64,000 nucleotides of DNA, taken from IMG/VR virus record IMGVR_UViG_3300020191_000008, positions 14,341-78,340 of that record. One strand, 5' to 3'. A program made the position numbers and the translations under genes. Origin of the DNA: a virus (taxonomy: Duplodnaviria; Caudoviricetes). The notes under the pieces were generated by a model that was not told the origin of the DNA, searched no databases, and was given only the letters and a program-made list of their open reading frames with translations. This document shows positions 19,671-30,043 of this stretch, in pieces (the first letter of the stretch is position 1; each line of letters begins with the position of its first letter).

Positions 19671-21046
19671 TGAGTGATACGGGTTTATATTTTGTAATGC
19701 AAGAGAGTCTTGGTTCTAACCAAAGATTGTCTGCTTTTTATGATTTTAATTATTCTTCTGATGAGATAGATATATTAGGCGCTGGGTCAGATTTTACAGG
19801 AGTTCTGCTTAATAATGAATTAGTAAATCAACCTTCATTACATACAGGTTATGTTTTAGGTTCATATGAATCTTCTGAAATCGATGCTAACAATAATCTT
19901 CAAACTTTATTGGCTAACAACAAGCTTCCGTTGACTTCTGGAAACTTGAGAATACCTTTAGATGGTTTAAATGCCAATGATATTTCAGTCATTATAGATT
20001 TTGAATTCGAAGGTGCTGTAGATGATGGTGTTTTATTGGGCTGCTTTAAAAAAAGAAAAGAAAGTGCAAGTTTTAATTCTTTTGATAACTCTGAAGGATT
20101 CAATATAGGAATCACTGATAGGGGTCATTTGTTTTGCCAAACCTATGGTCCAAATGGAGATTCTGTTGATGTCATTACAGATATTGAGTTATCTAAAAGA
20201 AATGTTATTGGTGTGTCTGTTTCTGAAAGTACTTTATCTTTAGGGACTTTTGATTACTTTAATAATATTGTACGTTCTGTTGATATACCAGTTGATGGAG
20301 ATTACATTTACCAAACTGGATTCTTGAATTTTGGTGGATCAGATAATTATTTTAGATCTGAAAGCAATTCAGAAGAAACATTTAGTGGTAGTTTACATAA
20401 TCTTGCTTTGTTCTCTGGATATTTGGAGCCTAGATTTCTCAAGCAACTTTCAGAAGGTATTCTTGGTGATTATTTTTATAACGGTCCAGTCGAATCTGAA
20501 TCTCAGAGAGTGACAGGTTATAGCGATGTTATTGTATATAAAACAGGAGTTACTGGTTATGAGTATACTTCTACTGGATCTCTAACAATTGCCACAGGTA
20601 GAGAATACTTTACAGGCAGTTTTTCTACGAATTCTTCGGAAACGAAGAAGGAGGGAGAACGTTTTTACAAATACTATACGTTAAATAACGGAGATACTGA
20701 GACATTTTATAAAGAAGAAATTGGCCAACTACATTCTGAATCTGGCTACATTTATTATCCTACAGGAGAGGATGCTTATGATACTTTGGGTTTAAATGAC
20801 ATATCGGAGTCAATCCAAACTTACGTGGAAACTACTGGTATTGAACAAGGGTCTGCTACAATAAATCTTTATGGTAGAAATGCTCTCACAGGAATGTTGA
20901 ACGAAGTTAGTGGGGTAACTACTACTGCTCTCTACGAAACAGTGTCAAGTTTCTCAACACCTTCTTCTGGCGTAAATTTAGGTCATGAATCAGAAGATTT
21001 TAAAAAGAATTTTATTTATTACATAGGAACAAGAGATGAATTTTAA
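19670..21046 (+). CDS. Tail protein with ConA/LamG-like domain
   Basis: GFNIGITDRGHLF...LNFGGS...FSGSLHNLALFSGYL matches a LamG-like jelly-roll pattern. Confidence 0.55.
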   Translation: MSDTGLYFVMQESLGSNQRLSAFYDFNYSSDEIDILGAGSDFTGVLLNNELVNQPSLHTGYVLGSYESSEIDANNNLQTLLANNKLPLTSGNLRIPLDGLNANDISVIIDFEFEGAVDDGVLLGCFKKRKESASFNSFDNSEGFNIGITDRGHLFCQTYGPNGDSVDVITDIELSKRNVIGVSVSESTLSLGTFDYFNNIVRSVDIPVDGDYIYQTGFLNFGGSDNYFRSESNSEETFSGSLHNLALFSGYLEPRFLKQLSEGILGDYFYNGPVESESQRVTGYSDVIVYKTGVTGYEYTSTGSLTIATGREYFTGSFSTNSSETKKEGERFYKYYTLNNGDTETFYKEEIGQLHSESGYIYYPTGEDAYDTLGLNDISESIQTYVETTGIEQGSATINLYGRNALTGMLNEVSGVTTTALYETVSSFSTPSSGVNLGHESEDFKKNFIYYIGTRDEF

Positions 21047-23300
21047 TTACATTTTATCAACTGGAGACTCTACTATTTCAGGAAGTTCTTATAGTATTCT
21101 TGAAACAAATCAACTAGCATTCAAGCAAAATGAGTATTCTTCAATAAAATATTACATGTTGGAGGAAGATGGTAGAGCTAAGGACAACTCTTTTCATTTT
21201 GACTCTTCTATTATTGAAAGTGGATTTTCTTCTTTGGTTTCATTAAATTCTCAAACTTTGGTGGAGGGAAATTTTGAAGTATCTACTGGTAGAAATCAAT
21301 ATTACTATACAATTACTGATAGTGGTAATTATACGATAGATATAGAAAATTCAGATAATAAATTTATTTTTGACTCACTTATACCAATTGATGATGATTC
21401 TGTTATATATTACGAAGGTAGAGATTATTCAATACCATTTATACAAGAAAAAACTGGAATTGCTATAGGTTCTTGGAGTGATTCTTTAGATGATTTATTG
21501 ACTTCGGTTGATTCTGTAGACACAACCGCTGACATCGCAGAATTACAGGAGAAGTATTTTTTATTTTTTAATGGACAAAAAATATCAGATTTTTCTGCCG
21601 CCACTGACTTGGACGATGCTTCAGGTATTATGTTTGCAATGCCGAGAAAAACAAAAATAAACGATGTCTATGGTTCTGCCGCAGATATTTATGGTAGCGG
21701 ATTTATTGATAATCAAGTTGATTTTTATTTGAATGGTATGAGGCAAGACCCGCAAGATGCTTTGCAGTTATATACTGGGGTGGGTATGATACAAACGGGC
21801 GTTAGTTCTTCTATTTCGATAAAAACAGTTTCTACTGATAACTTTTTAGTGGGAGAAGTGTTAAATTTAGAAAGAAACGATCAAGTCTCTAAAGATGTAA
21901 CTGTTGAAGAAGCTGAACCGATTCATGGCATAGAGGTTGAAGAAGACATTTTTGAACAGGGTGATACAATTGATACTACTGTGATAGGGGCAGCGTCAAG
22001 ATCTTTTAGATCAAACAGGAAAAACTTCTTAAAAGTTTCGGACAATAGTCTCCTTTCTATAGGAGATGGATCAAATGACTCTGAGTTTTCTACGTGTTTT
22101 TGGGTTAAAATTCCTCAAAATGGAAGGTTTCTTTTTCAAAAGGGTGGATTCGGTAAAGAAGAGTACGTACTACAAGTATACGCAGATTATATTTCGTTCG
22201 AAATATATGATCAATCAGGATTCCAATCAAGGATACAGGCAAAAACTTTAGAAGGTATTGACTACAATATATGGAATCATATTTCAATTACTTATGATGG
22301 AACAGCAAGTCAAAATGGAATTGACATTTACGTAAATGGAATTAGTTACCAATGTGATAAATTTGAAAAAGGATCGTATTCTAGTTCGAACGACTTAGAT
22401 GGAGAACTTTATATTGGATCATATTATCCATATACTTCAATGCTAACACGTTATTCTGACTGTAAAGTAGCTGACTTTAGATTTTATGATTATCAATTAA
22501 CTTCTGCTAACATAACTGATTTGTCAGACTATAGTAGCACTACTAATCCAACTACTGGTCCCATTTTATGGTTGTTCAGAAACGAGGATAGTTTAGATGA
22601 TTATAGCGGCAACGAATTAGACGCAACTGAAGGTAACTCTAATTATAGCACGTTTTTCTCAACTGACGGTCCTTTTGTTACTTTTTCCATCAAAACTGAT
22701 CTTTATGAATGGTGGCAAAATGCAGATTCTGCGGGAAAACATGCTTCTATTAATATAGGGACAGCTGAGTCTACTATTAGTGGACCTAATAGTTTGAATG
22801 CATGGCATCAAACTGCTAGCGGTTCTACTACTTATACTCCAGCAAGTCTTCCCGTTGAACCCAAAACCTTTGCGGCCATTTGGAGAATGGATGACGGAGC
22901 AGATTTGGATTCTATATTTGGAGAGATTTTAACTACAGAGGGTGGTAAGACTAGTTTTGAATTAGATACAATTGGCTCTAATGATACAATATTGTGGAAA
23001 CATAATGGATCATCTCCTTTAGATAGGAGATTTTCTGAATTAGGGATAAATCTTGATGAATGGAATAGCATGGTTTATACTATTTATGATTCTGGACAAA
23101 TAAAATTATGGATAAATGGGGAAAATGTTCCTTATAATTATTATGAAGAAGGCGTACTATCTCAAAATGTGGGTTCTTTTATAAAATTAGGAGAAGATGC
23201 TTCTTTTGCTGTATGCATTATTTCTAGAAGAGAATGGAGTCAGACAGACGTAAATTCATTTCATAATAATGGAAACTTTGTAAAATACGAAGATTTTTAA
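21036..23300 (+). CDS. Tail/receptor-binding protein with two LamG (ConA-like) domains
   Basis: FSTCFWVK...WNHISITYDG...IYVNG...LYIGS...VADFRFYDYQL is a clear Laminin-G3 signature. A second copy is near the C-terminus (WNSMVYT...LWING). Confidence 0.7.
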   Translation: MNFNYILSTGDSTISGSSYSILETNQLAFKQNEYSSIKYYMLEEDGRAKDNSFHFDSSIIESGFSSLVSLNSQTLVEGNFEVSTGRNQYYYTITDSGNYTIDIENSDNKFIFDSLIPIDDDSVIYYEGRDYSIPFIQEKTGIAIGSWSDSLDDLLTSVDSVDTTADIAELQEKYFLFFNGQKISDFSAATDLDDASGIMFAMPRKTKINDVYGSAADIYGSGFIDNQVDFYLNGMRQDPQDALQLYTGVGMIQTGVSSSISIKTVSTDNFLVGEVLNLERNDQVSKDVTVEEAEPIHGIEVEEDIFEQGDTIDTTVIGAASRSFRSNRKNFLKVSDNSLLSIGDGSNDSEFSTCFWVKIPQNGRFLFQKGGFGKEEYVLQVYADYISFEIYDQSGFQSRIQAKTLEGIDYNIWNHISITYDGTASQNGIDIYVNGISYQCDKFEKGSYSSSNDLDGELYIGSYYPYTSMLTRYSDCKVADFRFYDYQLTSANITDLSDYSSTTNPTTGPILWLFRNEDSLDDYSGNELDATEGNSNYSTFFSTDGPFVTFSIKTDLYEWWQNADSAGKHASINIGTAESTISGPNSLNAWHQTASGSTTYTPASLPVEPKTFAAIWRMDDGADLDSIFGEILTTEGGKTSFELDTIGSNDTILWKHNGSSPLDRRFSELGINLDEWNSMVYTIYDSGQIKLWINGENVPYNYYEEGVLSQNVGSFIKLGEDASFAVCIISRREWSQTDVNSFHNNGNFVKYEDF

Positions 23301-23305
23301 TATCA

Positions 23306-23311
23306 GTGTAA
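23306..23311 (+). promoter_or_regulatory. GTGTAA putative late-promoter motif
   Basis: In the 32-nt gap, 21 nt before ATG 23333. Confidence 0.5.
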
Positions 23312-23332
23312 TTAAATATAGATAATATTAAT

Positions 23333-25852
23333 ATGCCAAGCCTCAACGAAGAAAGAAAAGCTATAACTGGTTTAGAACTTAACTTTTCTAGTTCTGGTAG
23401 TAGTCATTCTGCCACAATTACAACAGTTTTAAATGCTAAAGATTTATCAGACAATGAATCTGAATTAGGTTCTTTGATAGGACATGGCGCAGGAAGAACA
23501 ACTTTTTCGAATCCAACAATTGGCAAGCTACTGCAAAATTTTATTGAAGTAGAAAGAACTGTAAGTCAGGACGGTGATAAAAAATCTATATCTATAAAAT
23601 ATGAAGATATTACTTCTTTAAAATTAAAGTCTCATTGCTTTGTTGTTAGGGGTAGAGATTCGCACCCCCAAGATAAAGGATTTTCTGCTGGATTAAACGC
23701 TGCCTCTTCTCGTTTTACAAGGAGAAACTTGGATAATAGTGGGAATAACCTAACTAACTTAGGTTCTTCTAACCCAATTAATCAAATAAATTCTAGTGGA
23801 GCTGGAGAATATGCCTTCATGCCATACTTTAGTGAGCTGCCAAATTCACCAATAACAAATCCAGATCAAAAATTTCCTTTACGTCAACCAAGGAAAACTG
23901 GAGCGGCAATTATTATTGGGAATGTTTATAATGAGGAAAGTTCTGTAACTTCAGATGGAGATAAAACTTCTCTAGTTTATCAAGATGGAGAATTGATAGA
24001 AGAGTTCAGCTATAATGAAGAAAAGATATCTTTACATTACAAAAAAAATCCAGATTTGGCAAGCTATAATATAAAAGTTGGATATACGTTATCTGAAGCT
24101 AAAAAAGGTTTTGCTTCAGCTGGAATAGCTATTGTCGGTTTACCAGAGTCTAGTGGAAATAAAGTTTTGTTTGATGTTTCTGGTAGTTTAGATTCTGTTT
24201 TATCAGCTATTGCCTCCAAATACGGATACTACTGGTTTGTTGATCCATTTCAAGCAGGAGTTATACGATTTGTTAATTCGTCTGCTGCTTCTCAGTTAAT
24301 TGTCACAAACCCGTTGGAGCAATCTGGTTCAATACAATCAAAATATTTGAATGCTTCTTTTACGGAGAATTTTCTTACTCCTAAAATAGTAAATGCGTTC
24401 AGTTCTACGATTGAAAAACAAAAACAAACTTTTGAGTTTGGAGATGGACAGAGGTATACTAGGTTTGAGAGATTTGATCCTTCTAAAATCCTTTCTCAAA
24501 CAAAGATAGACTCAAGTATATTTGAAGCGTTTTATGGATTATTCTTATCTGGACAATTAACGTCATCAGACATTTTTGATGTAATCGCTATCGTAATTAC
24601 ACAAAAATTAAAAGACAAAATAAAATGGGGTGAAAGTTGGGAGGATTCAAGTGTTATAAAAGAACAAGAACTTCTTAGTTTTAAGGAGGTGGCCCCTGCA
24701 ACTCAAGATAGAAAGAACATGAAAAAAAGCCTTAAAGAATCTGGATCTGCTTTAAATCTTGAGGACGCGAAGTATATACTATTAAAAAAGAGACTAAAAA
24801 AAGTTAATAGACCTTCAGGTTTGGAATTAAATGGAATTGTACAAGATGCAATGTCTGTTTTGTTCAATTCTATTTATACCAGCAAAAGAATTGGTCGTTT
24901 CAAAGCTAAAAGAATGCAATGGGGAAGTTCTCCAATGAATATATCTGGACCCCATATTCTCACAACGGGAAAAGTTGCAAAAATTAAAGAAGTGGATCAA
25001 CTTCAATCTTTAGATAATCTTTTACAAAGAATGGGTAAACCAGATTTGCTATTGAATGAATTATTTGATGAGACTGGCAATGGTGAGTATGGTTTTGTTG
25101 GCACAGTAACAGGTAATCAAAAACAAATGTCGGACGCTGAGAAATCGGACATTGATTATTCAAAAATAAGTTCAGATAATTATGCTTTTATTCAAAACAC
25201 AACAAGTCAAAAGATGTTTCTAGCGATCAAAGAAGACTTAATAGATGAAATTTCAAGACTTGTTTCAGCTTCTATAAGAATATTTAAAGAAGCTTTAGAG
25301 GCAAAATCCGAAAGCACTATAAAAAGCATGAAAGCTTACTATACTAGATCAAAAAAACCAACTGACGAACCAGAAACTGAAGAGACGAAAAAAGAAGAAG
25401 AGGCAAGAACAAACAGAATAGCGGGGCTTACTGCTATTCAGCAAAGCTTAGATGAGGTAGGAGAAAGATTCGATATTAAGTATTTTAGCTTGAAAACTAA
25501 TGGAGCTAGTGGTGACCCTACATCACCAGTAAACCTTGATGTCAAAAATGGGAAAATATCTGACATATTAGCCCTTGAAAATTCAAACTCTTATTCAAGA
25601 CAACCAAGGAGTTCTCAAAGTTCAAGTAGGACTATAGTAGGACTAAGCTTGCCGACATCTTTTAAAATTACTTTATCGTCAGTTTCGGTAAGTCTAAGTG
25701 GCTCTGGAGTAACTACAACGATTAATGAGTCAACGAAAAATCTACTACCATTAGATGACTCTTTAATTATAGACTCTAACTCTAAAGCTACGGTAAGTAA
25801 GAATTTCTATGGAAGACTTAAAGCTAATCAGAAGAACTTCTTAGGACTGTAA
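23333..25852 (+). CDS. Baseplate hub / central tail-tip protein
   Basis: 839 aa, last gene of the tail block. LDSVLSAIASKYGYYWFVD segment resembles hub-type proteins. Confidence 0.5.
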   Translation: MPSLNEERKAITGLELNFSSSGSSHSATITTVLNAKDLSDNESELGSLIGHGAGRTTFSNPTIGKLLQNFIEVERTVSQDGDKKSISIKYEDITSLKLKSHCFVVRGRDSHPQDKGFSAGLNAASSRFTRRNLDNSGNNLTNLGSSNPINQINSSGAGEYAFMPYFSELPNSPITNPDQKFPLRQPRKTGAAIIIGNVYNEESSVTSDGDKTSLVYQDGELIEEFSYNEEKISLHYKKNPDLASYNIKVGYTLSEAKKGFASAGIAIVGLPESSGNKVLFDVSGSLDSVLSAIASKYGYYWFVDPFQAGVIRFVNSSAASQLIVTNPLEQSGSIQSKYLNASFTENFLTPKIVNAFSSTIEKQKQTFEFGDGQRYTRFERFDPSKILSQTKIDSSIFEAFYGLFLSGQLTSSDIFDVIAIVITQKLKDKIKWGESWEDSSVIKEQELLSFKEVAPATQDRKNMKKSLKESGSALNLEDAKYILLKKRLKKVNRPSGLELNGIVQDAMSVLFNSIYTSKRIGRFKAKRMQWGSSPMNISGPHILTTGKVAKIKEVDQLQSLDNLLQRMGKPDLLLNELFDETGNGEYGFVGTVTGNQKQMSDAEKSDIDYSKISSDNYAFIQNTTSQKMFLAIKEDLIDEISRLVSASIRIFKEALEAKSESTIKSMKAYYTRSKKPTDEPETEETKKEEEARTNRIAGLTAIQQSLDEVGERFDIKYFSLKTNGASGDPTSPVNLDVKNGKISDILALENSNSYSRQPRSSQSSSRTIVGLSLPTSFKITLSSVSVSLSGSGVTTTINESTKNLLPLDDSLIIDSNSKATVSKNFYGRLKANQKNFLGL

Positions 25853-26620
25853 TTTCTTTAAAGCAGCTCTGATTTTACGAGCCTCTTTTGCTGGGATGTC
25901 TGAGAAATCATTCCAGTCCTTAGCATCTGGATTTTTATATTTTTCTTCAGTCCACAGCTTTCTTAAAAGAACTTTGAAGTCTTCAAAAGATTCTCCATTC
26001 ATTTCATCAACAAATGTCATCTTGAGTTGAACTATAGGAGACAATACAGATACAGAATCAATCTCATCACTTGATGCTTCAATGTAGGGTGCATTCATTG
26101 CATCTTTTGATTTGTCTATCTCATCTGCTCCTACAATGTGGATATTTAGGAAGTTTCGCACACATCTTACAAAAGCTCTATTACAAGCAATAGTTTCTAA
26201 AAACTTTGCCGCGAAAGACCCTGTATTTTGAAGTGTTGCATTAGCCACATCTTGGTAGACAATACGTTCTTCGTTGCTTTCATAGTTTGGAGACCAAATG
26301 ATCTCACAGCTTGCGATTACATAAGTATCGCTTAAATGGTCGGTCTTAAAAGAAACGCCCTCAAAACCTCTAAGGCGAGCAAGCTCTTTAATCCCGCCCA
26401 ACATAATCAAAAGCTGTTTATCATCTAAACCTTCTGAAGAAGTAGGGACATCTTTTTTACGAGCTGTAAACCAATCTTTATTGGGGTAAAGAAATTCTGG
26501 CTTAATCATCGCCCTCCAATTTACAGAGCCATCATCGTTAAACTCGTACTCAGCATTTTCTAGAAGGCCATGTTTGTTTCGCTTATAAACGTCAGGACCG
26601 TAAATCTTTTCTTCACTCAT
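25841..26620 (-). CDS. Single-strand annealing protein (Rad52/Sak/ERF-like)
   Basis: GGIKELARLRG...ETIACNRAFVRCVRNFLNIHIVGADEI matches the AxTRAxxRAxRxxxxI..EE core of phage SSAPs. Confidence 0.6.
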   Translation of the reverse strand: MSEEKIYGPDVYKRNKHGLLENAEYEFNDDGSVNWRAMIKPEFLYPNKDWFTARKKDVPTSSEGLDDKQLLIMLGGIKELARLRGFEGVSFKTDHLSDTYVIASCEIIWSPNYESNEERIVYQDVANATLQNTGSFAAKFLETIACNRAFVRCVRNFLNIHIVGADEIDKSKDAMNAPYIEASSDEIDSVSVLSPIVQLKMTFVDEMNGESFEDFKVLLRKLWTEEKYKNPDAKDWNDFSDIPAKEARKIRAALKKLQS

Positions 26621-26621
26621 T

Positions 26622-27731
26622 TCAATCGGTGTAAACCATAAGTTTCTCTAAGTCAATGAAAATATCGTCTAAATTTTCTTTTCCGTTCGCTTCAAAAAGA
26701 GAGTGGTATGCCTCGCCATTTTTCATGTATATGGAGTAAGATCTAATTTTGAAGTTTTTCTTTGGAAGTTTAATTTGTTTTTTATTTAATTCTATCTTCT
26801 CAGCATCTTCAATTAATGCTATTTGATAATCAAAAAACTTATACCTTTCTTCATTTAAATTTTCTTTGCTTGTGCAAAACAGCCGCAAGGATAAGCCTTT
26901 ATTTTTAACTTTTTTGATAAAGTCTTCATCGAAACGATCAGAGAAATAATTAACGCAGTTTATATTTTTCTGATTTAATATTTCATCACCTAAAGGTTTA
27001 TTTGTGACAATTGATATATTATTATTTCTGAAGAGATGAATACAATTTTCTTCATTATGAAGCAAGTCGAATCTAAGGACTACATTTTTAGAAGATACTT
27101 GATACTTATTGTCAGGGATAATGTGAATCAACTTTTCTTTAAATTTATCCCCTACATAGAGGGTTTTGTGAGAACATTTATTCTTGCCTAGCTTTTTTAA
27201 GATAGCATTAGCAATCTCTTCTGGTTTAATTAGATTGATTTTTTTGGGGTTTTCTTTTAAAGAGTACGAGGGTTTTTCTTTATTCCTGTGAGACTCAATT
27301 AATTTATGATTTTTTTTATGCCCCCAAACTGGCCCACATGTAGAAGCATATGTGTGAGCGTAAATTGCTACTATTGGTTTGTTAAAAGAAGAAGCAATGT
27401 GTACTGGAAGACTATCAATACCAACATGCATCAATGCATTTTTAATTATATAAGCGGACTGCTTTATATTTAAGGTGGGAACGAATTTTGTAGCGTTTTT
27501 TATTGTTGGCTCTTTACCAGAACCTATTTGAATAAAATTAATTTCTGGAGCTTGCTTTTTTACCAAGACAATAACTTCTTCCCAATAATCGTATTCTTTA
27601 GATTGAACTTTATTGTCATTGTGGATGGTGATATAATTATCATAAAGTATTGGAAAGAAGTGAGGTTTTAGATATGGTTCTCCAATTTTTACTCCCAAGT
27701 CTTTTGCGTAAACTTCTACTAAGTGGCTCAT
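26622..27731 (-). CDS. GT9 (heptosyltransferase-like) C-terminal half plus unknown C-terminal domain
   Basis: KEYDYWEEV, IQIGSGKE, SAYIIKNALMHVGIDSLPVHIASSFNKPIVAIY are GT9 nucleotide-sugar-binding domain motifs. Confidence 0.7.
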   Translation of the reverse strand: MSHLVEVYAKDLGVKIGEPYLKPHFFPILYDNYITIHNDNKVQSKEYDYWEEVIVLVKKQAPEINFIQIGSGKEPTIKNATKFVPTLNIKQSAYIIKNALMHVGIDSLPVHIASSFNKPIVAIYAHTYASTCGPVWGHKKNHKLIESHRNKEKPSYSLKENPKKINLIKPEEIANAILKKLGKNKCSHKTLYVGDKFKEKLIHIIPDNKYQVSSKNVVLRFDLLHNEENCIHLFRNNNISIVTNKPLGDEILNQKNINCVNYFSDRFDEDFIKKVKNKGLSLRLFCTSKENLNEERYKFFDYQIALIEDAEKIELNKKQIKLPKKNFKIRSYSIYMKNGEAYHSLFEANGKENLDDIFIDLEKLMVYTD

Positions 27732-29440
27732 TTTAATCTAAATTGTGTTTTGTCTTTGCCATTATGATTGTAACTGTATGTTTTTTGAGTCATACAGTGA
27801 GGCAGGAAAGCCATATCAAAAAGACCTTCATGACCACCTCTACCTTCAAGAACGTATAGATCTTCGAAAGAGCTTGAGTATGGAATTACTTTGTGTACAA
27901 AGGGGTTATCGTTAATTAAGTCGTAAAATTCTGGTTGAGTTACGAAGAATATTTTTTTATCAGGGTAAAGCTGACTCAAGTTTTCTATTAATGAATTGGC
28001 CATCAATACATCTCCAGCTGACCTTGGTAGAACAACTGCGATTCTATCTTCCAGTGGAACGTCTTTAAGGAAGTCTTGTATTGATAGCCTTGTTTCTTTA
28101 GATTTTTCTTCTTCTTTTTCTTCTTCAGAGGTTCTTAACTCTACCGACTTAATAAAGTTTTTTAATTTCTCTACGGTATTTTCAACCGAAAAGTTTTCTT
28201 GGACATATTTCTTTCCAGTTTCAATAAGCTTGTGTTTGGATTCTTCATCCATCTCATAAACTTGTTGTAGCCTTTCGCAAATACTCTCTGGACATGTTGT
28301 AGCTTTTATAAACTGGGTGCTTGGTTCTCTATACTCGTTCCAAGCTAGAGGGAGTCCTCCTTGATGCTCATACGCTGAATCAGTGCCGCAAGAATAGTCT
28401 GTGACGAGAGTTATCAAGCCAGCAGCTTTAGCCTCTTGGATTGGTAGCTCCTGCCCTCCACTTGTGAATGGGTGGCAGTAAACATCCATCATGTTATAGA
28501 TTTCGTTTAACTCTTTCTCGCCTACTCCTTTGCCGCTGTTTTTTGTTTTTACAGATTTTTCGGAACCACATGAAGAACAATTTTTGTCTTCACCAGAGTA
28601 AGGTTGGATGAAATAATCATCGCACTTATGACACACATAAGTTGACAAAACACTTCCGTCTTCAAGATCTTTTTCTTTTAAATATCTTGGTATATCCCAT
28701 CCATGTTGCTTCTCGCCCCAATCCGTGTGGAGTAAGAGTTTTGCTTTTACTTCTGGGTTTTTGGATTTGAATTTCTTAAAACCTTCTAGAATATTTGGAA
28801 CTGATTTTCTTAATTGATTTTTGAATACAAAACCAATAACGAAATTATCACTAAGGCTATGCAAATTTCGTAGGTCATCTCTATTTTCCAATGGTTTAAA
28901 GTGGCTGTAGTCAACAGCGCCATGCACAGTCTCTACAGTTTCATGACCAAGCTCTTTCATTGCTTCTTCTGCGAAGCTCGCCCAAACAAGCATTTGGTCA
29001 CATTTCGGTTCTGTCTCTATTGCTTGCTGTAGGATAGGTAAGCTATCCAGAGTTGTCCAAATGATTTTTTTTGTTTTATTCCACCAAGGCTTTTTCTCGT
29101 ATTCTCTAAATGCCCAAATATCCTCAATGCCCAAAAATACGTCTGGATTTACTTTTTCTACAATCTTGTCGATAGTATAAAACCCATATTGAGCAGCCCT
29201 TTTCTTTACTGGCTCTTCCTCTATTGCCTTTAAGATTTTTGGGTCAGAAGGGTATGTGCCGTAAGATTCCCAAGGTGTATTGATATCTCTGCCATAAGGC
29301 ACTCCATTGGCAGCTTCGATAACTTCAATGTCTGGATCACGGTAAAGAGCGAGGAGAATATTTTTCATATTCTTCCCAAACCCCGTTACCATGCGGGAGT
29401 AATTAGATTGAACTAAGACTTTAATTTTAGAATGGGACAT
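27728..29440 (-). CDS. GT4 glycosyltransferase with CxxC-CxxC insert, fused to a GT9 N-terminal half
   Basis: GT4 motifs (FVIGFVFKNQLRKSVP, HPFTSGGQELPIQEAKAAG), CHKC..CSSC, and C-terminal RSAGDVLM...YPDKKIFFVT...DNPFVHKVI. Start moved to ATG 29440 because the upstream extension overlaps the SSB gene. Confidence 0.75.
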   Translation of the reverse strand: MSHSKIKVLVQSNYSRMVTGFGKNMKNILLALYRDPDIEVIEAANGVPYGRDINTPWESYGTYPSDPKILKAIEEEPVKKRAAQYGFYTIDKIVEKVNPDVFLGIEDIWAFREYEKKPWWNKTKKIIWTTLDSLPILQQAIETEPKCDQMLVWASFAEEAMKELGHETVETVHGAVDYSHFKPLENRDDLRNLHSLSDNFVIGFVFKNQLRKSVPNILEGFKKFKSKNPEVKAKLLLHTDWGEKQHGWDIPRYLKEKDLEDGSVLSTYVCHKCDDYFIQPYSGEDKNCSSCGSEKSVKTKNSGKGVGEKELNEIYNMMDVYCHPFTSGGQELPIQEAKAAGLITLVTDYSCGTDSAYEHQGGLPLAWNEYREPSTQFIKATTCPESICERLQQVYEMDEESKHKLIETGKKYVQENFSVENTVEKLKNFIKSVELRTSEEEKEEEKSKETRLSIQDFLKDVPLEDRIAVVLPRSAGDVLMANSLIENLSQLYPDKKIFFVTQPEFYDLINDNPFVHKVIPYSSSFEDLYVLEGRGGHEGLFDMAFLPHCMTQKTYSYNHNGKDKTQFRLK

Positions 29441-30005
29441 CGTCATCGTCATCCTCAACAACTGAGGCTTTTGGCTTTGGTTTTTGGTAAGTTTTTTGTG
29501 GCTGTTCTTGTTTGTAGGCTTCTGATTGGGCAACCAGACTTTCTTTAATGTAGCCTTCAAGAAGGATGGCTAAACACTCAGCTTCTCCTGCTTCAATTGG
29601 GAGCTTGAAGAATTGCGAAGAATTTTTTGTAACTGTTAACCCCCAAGCTGGAGATTTGAAGGTTTCTTGACCATCTTTGTTTTTAATAATGCGATTTTTA
29701 TCCCAAGGAGTGAGTTTAATAATGGTGGTTTTATCTTCAGTTTTATGAAAACCAACAAAAGGAATGCGTGTTTTCATGCAAGACAGAAATTCACCAGCCT
29801 CATTCTCTGTTAACTTGATCGTTGTAGATTTTTCTGGATTTTTTGCATTTTCTTTAAAAGAGCCTGTTTTCCGTTCATCATTCCAGCTGTGTTGTAAAAT
29901 CATTGAGACAAAAAGCACAGGCTTACCGTTCCTGTCTTTAGTGGAATCAAAGGTGAAGGCAGATCCAGTATTTTTAGCGTTTGGTTTATAAAGTGTAAAT
30001 TTCAT
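29427..30005 (-). CDS. Putative single-stranded DNA-binding protein (non-OB, Whirly/PC4-like) with acidic SSB tail
   Basis: Ends in EDDDDDVPF after a Q/K/P linker. Two strand-strand-helix units (IKLTENEAGEFL; LPIEAGEAECLAILL). Confidence 0.65.
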   Translation of the reverse strand: MKFTLYKPNAKNTGSAFTFDSTKDRNGKPVLFVSMILQHSWNDERKTGSFKENAKNPEKSTTIKLTENEAGEFLSCMKTRIPFVGFHKTEDKTTIIKLTPWDKNRIIKNKDGQETFKSPAWGLTVTKNSSQFFKLPIEAGEAECLAILLEGYIKESLVAQSEAYKQEQPQKTYQKPKPKASVVEDDDDDVPF

Positions 30006-30043
30006 AGAAAAAGTGTATTCTTATTTAGATAATCTATTGTATC

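Noticed and set aside
27722-27745. Programmed -1 frameshift fusing the two GT9 halves
   Set aside because: The junction reads AGA TTA AAA TGA, which is not an X XXY YYZ heptamer. An ordinary ATGA coupling explains it.
30012-30018. GTGTAT as the late motif for ORF 30044
   Set aside because: Ambiguous. The same bases read TACACT on the minus strand exactly 6 nt before the SSB start, matching the other leaderless -10 boxes, so it was not counted as a late promoter.
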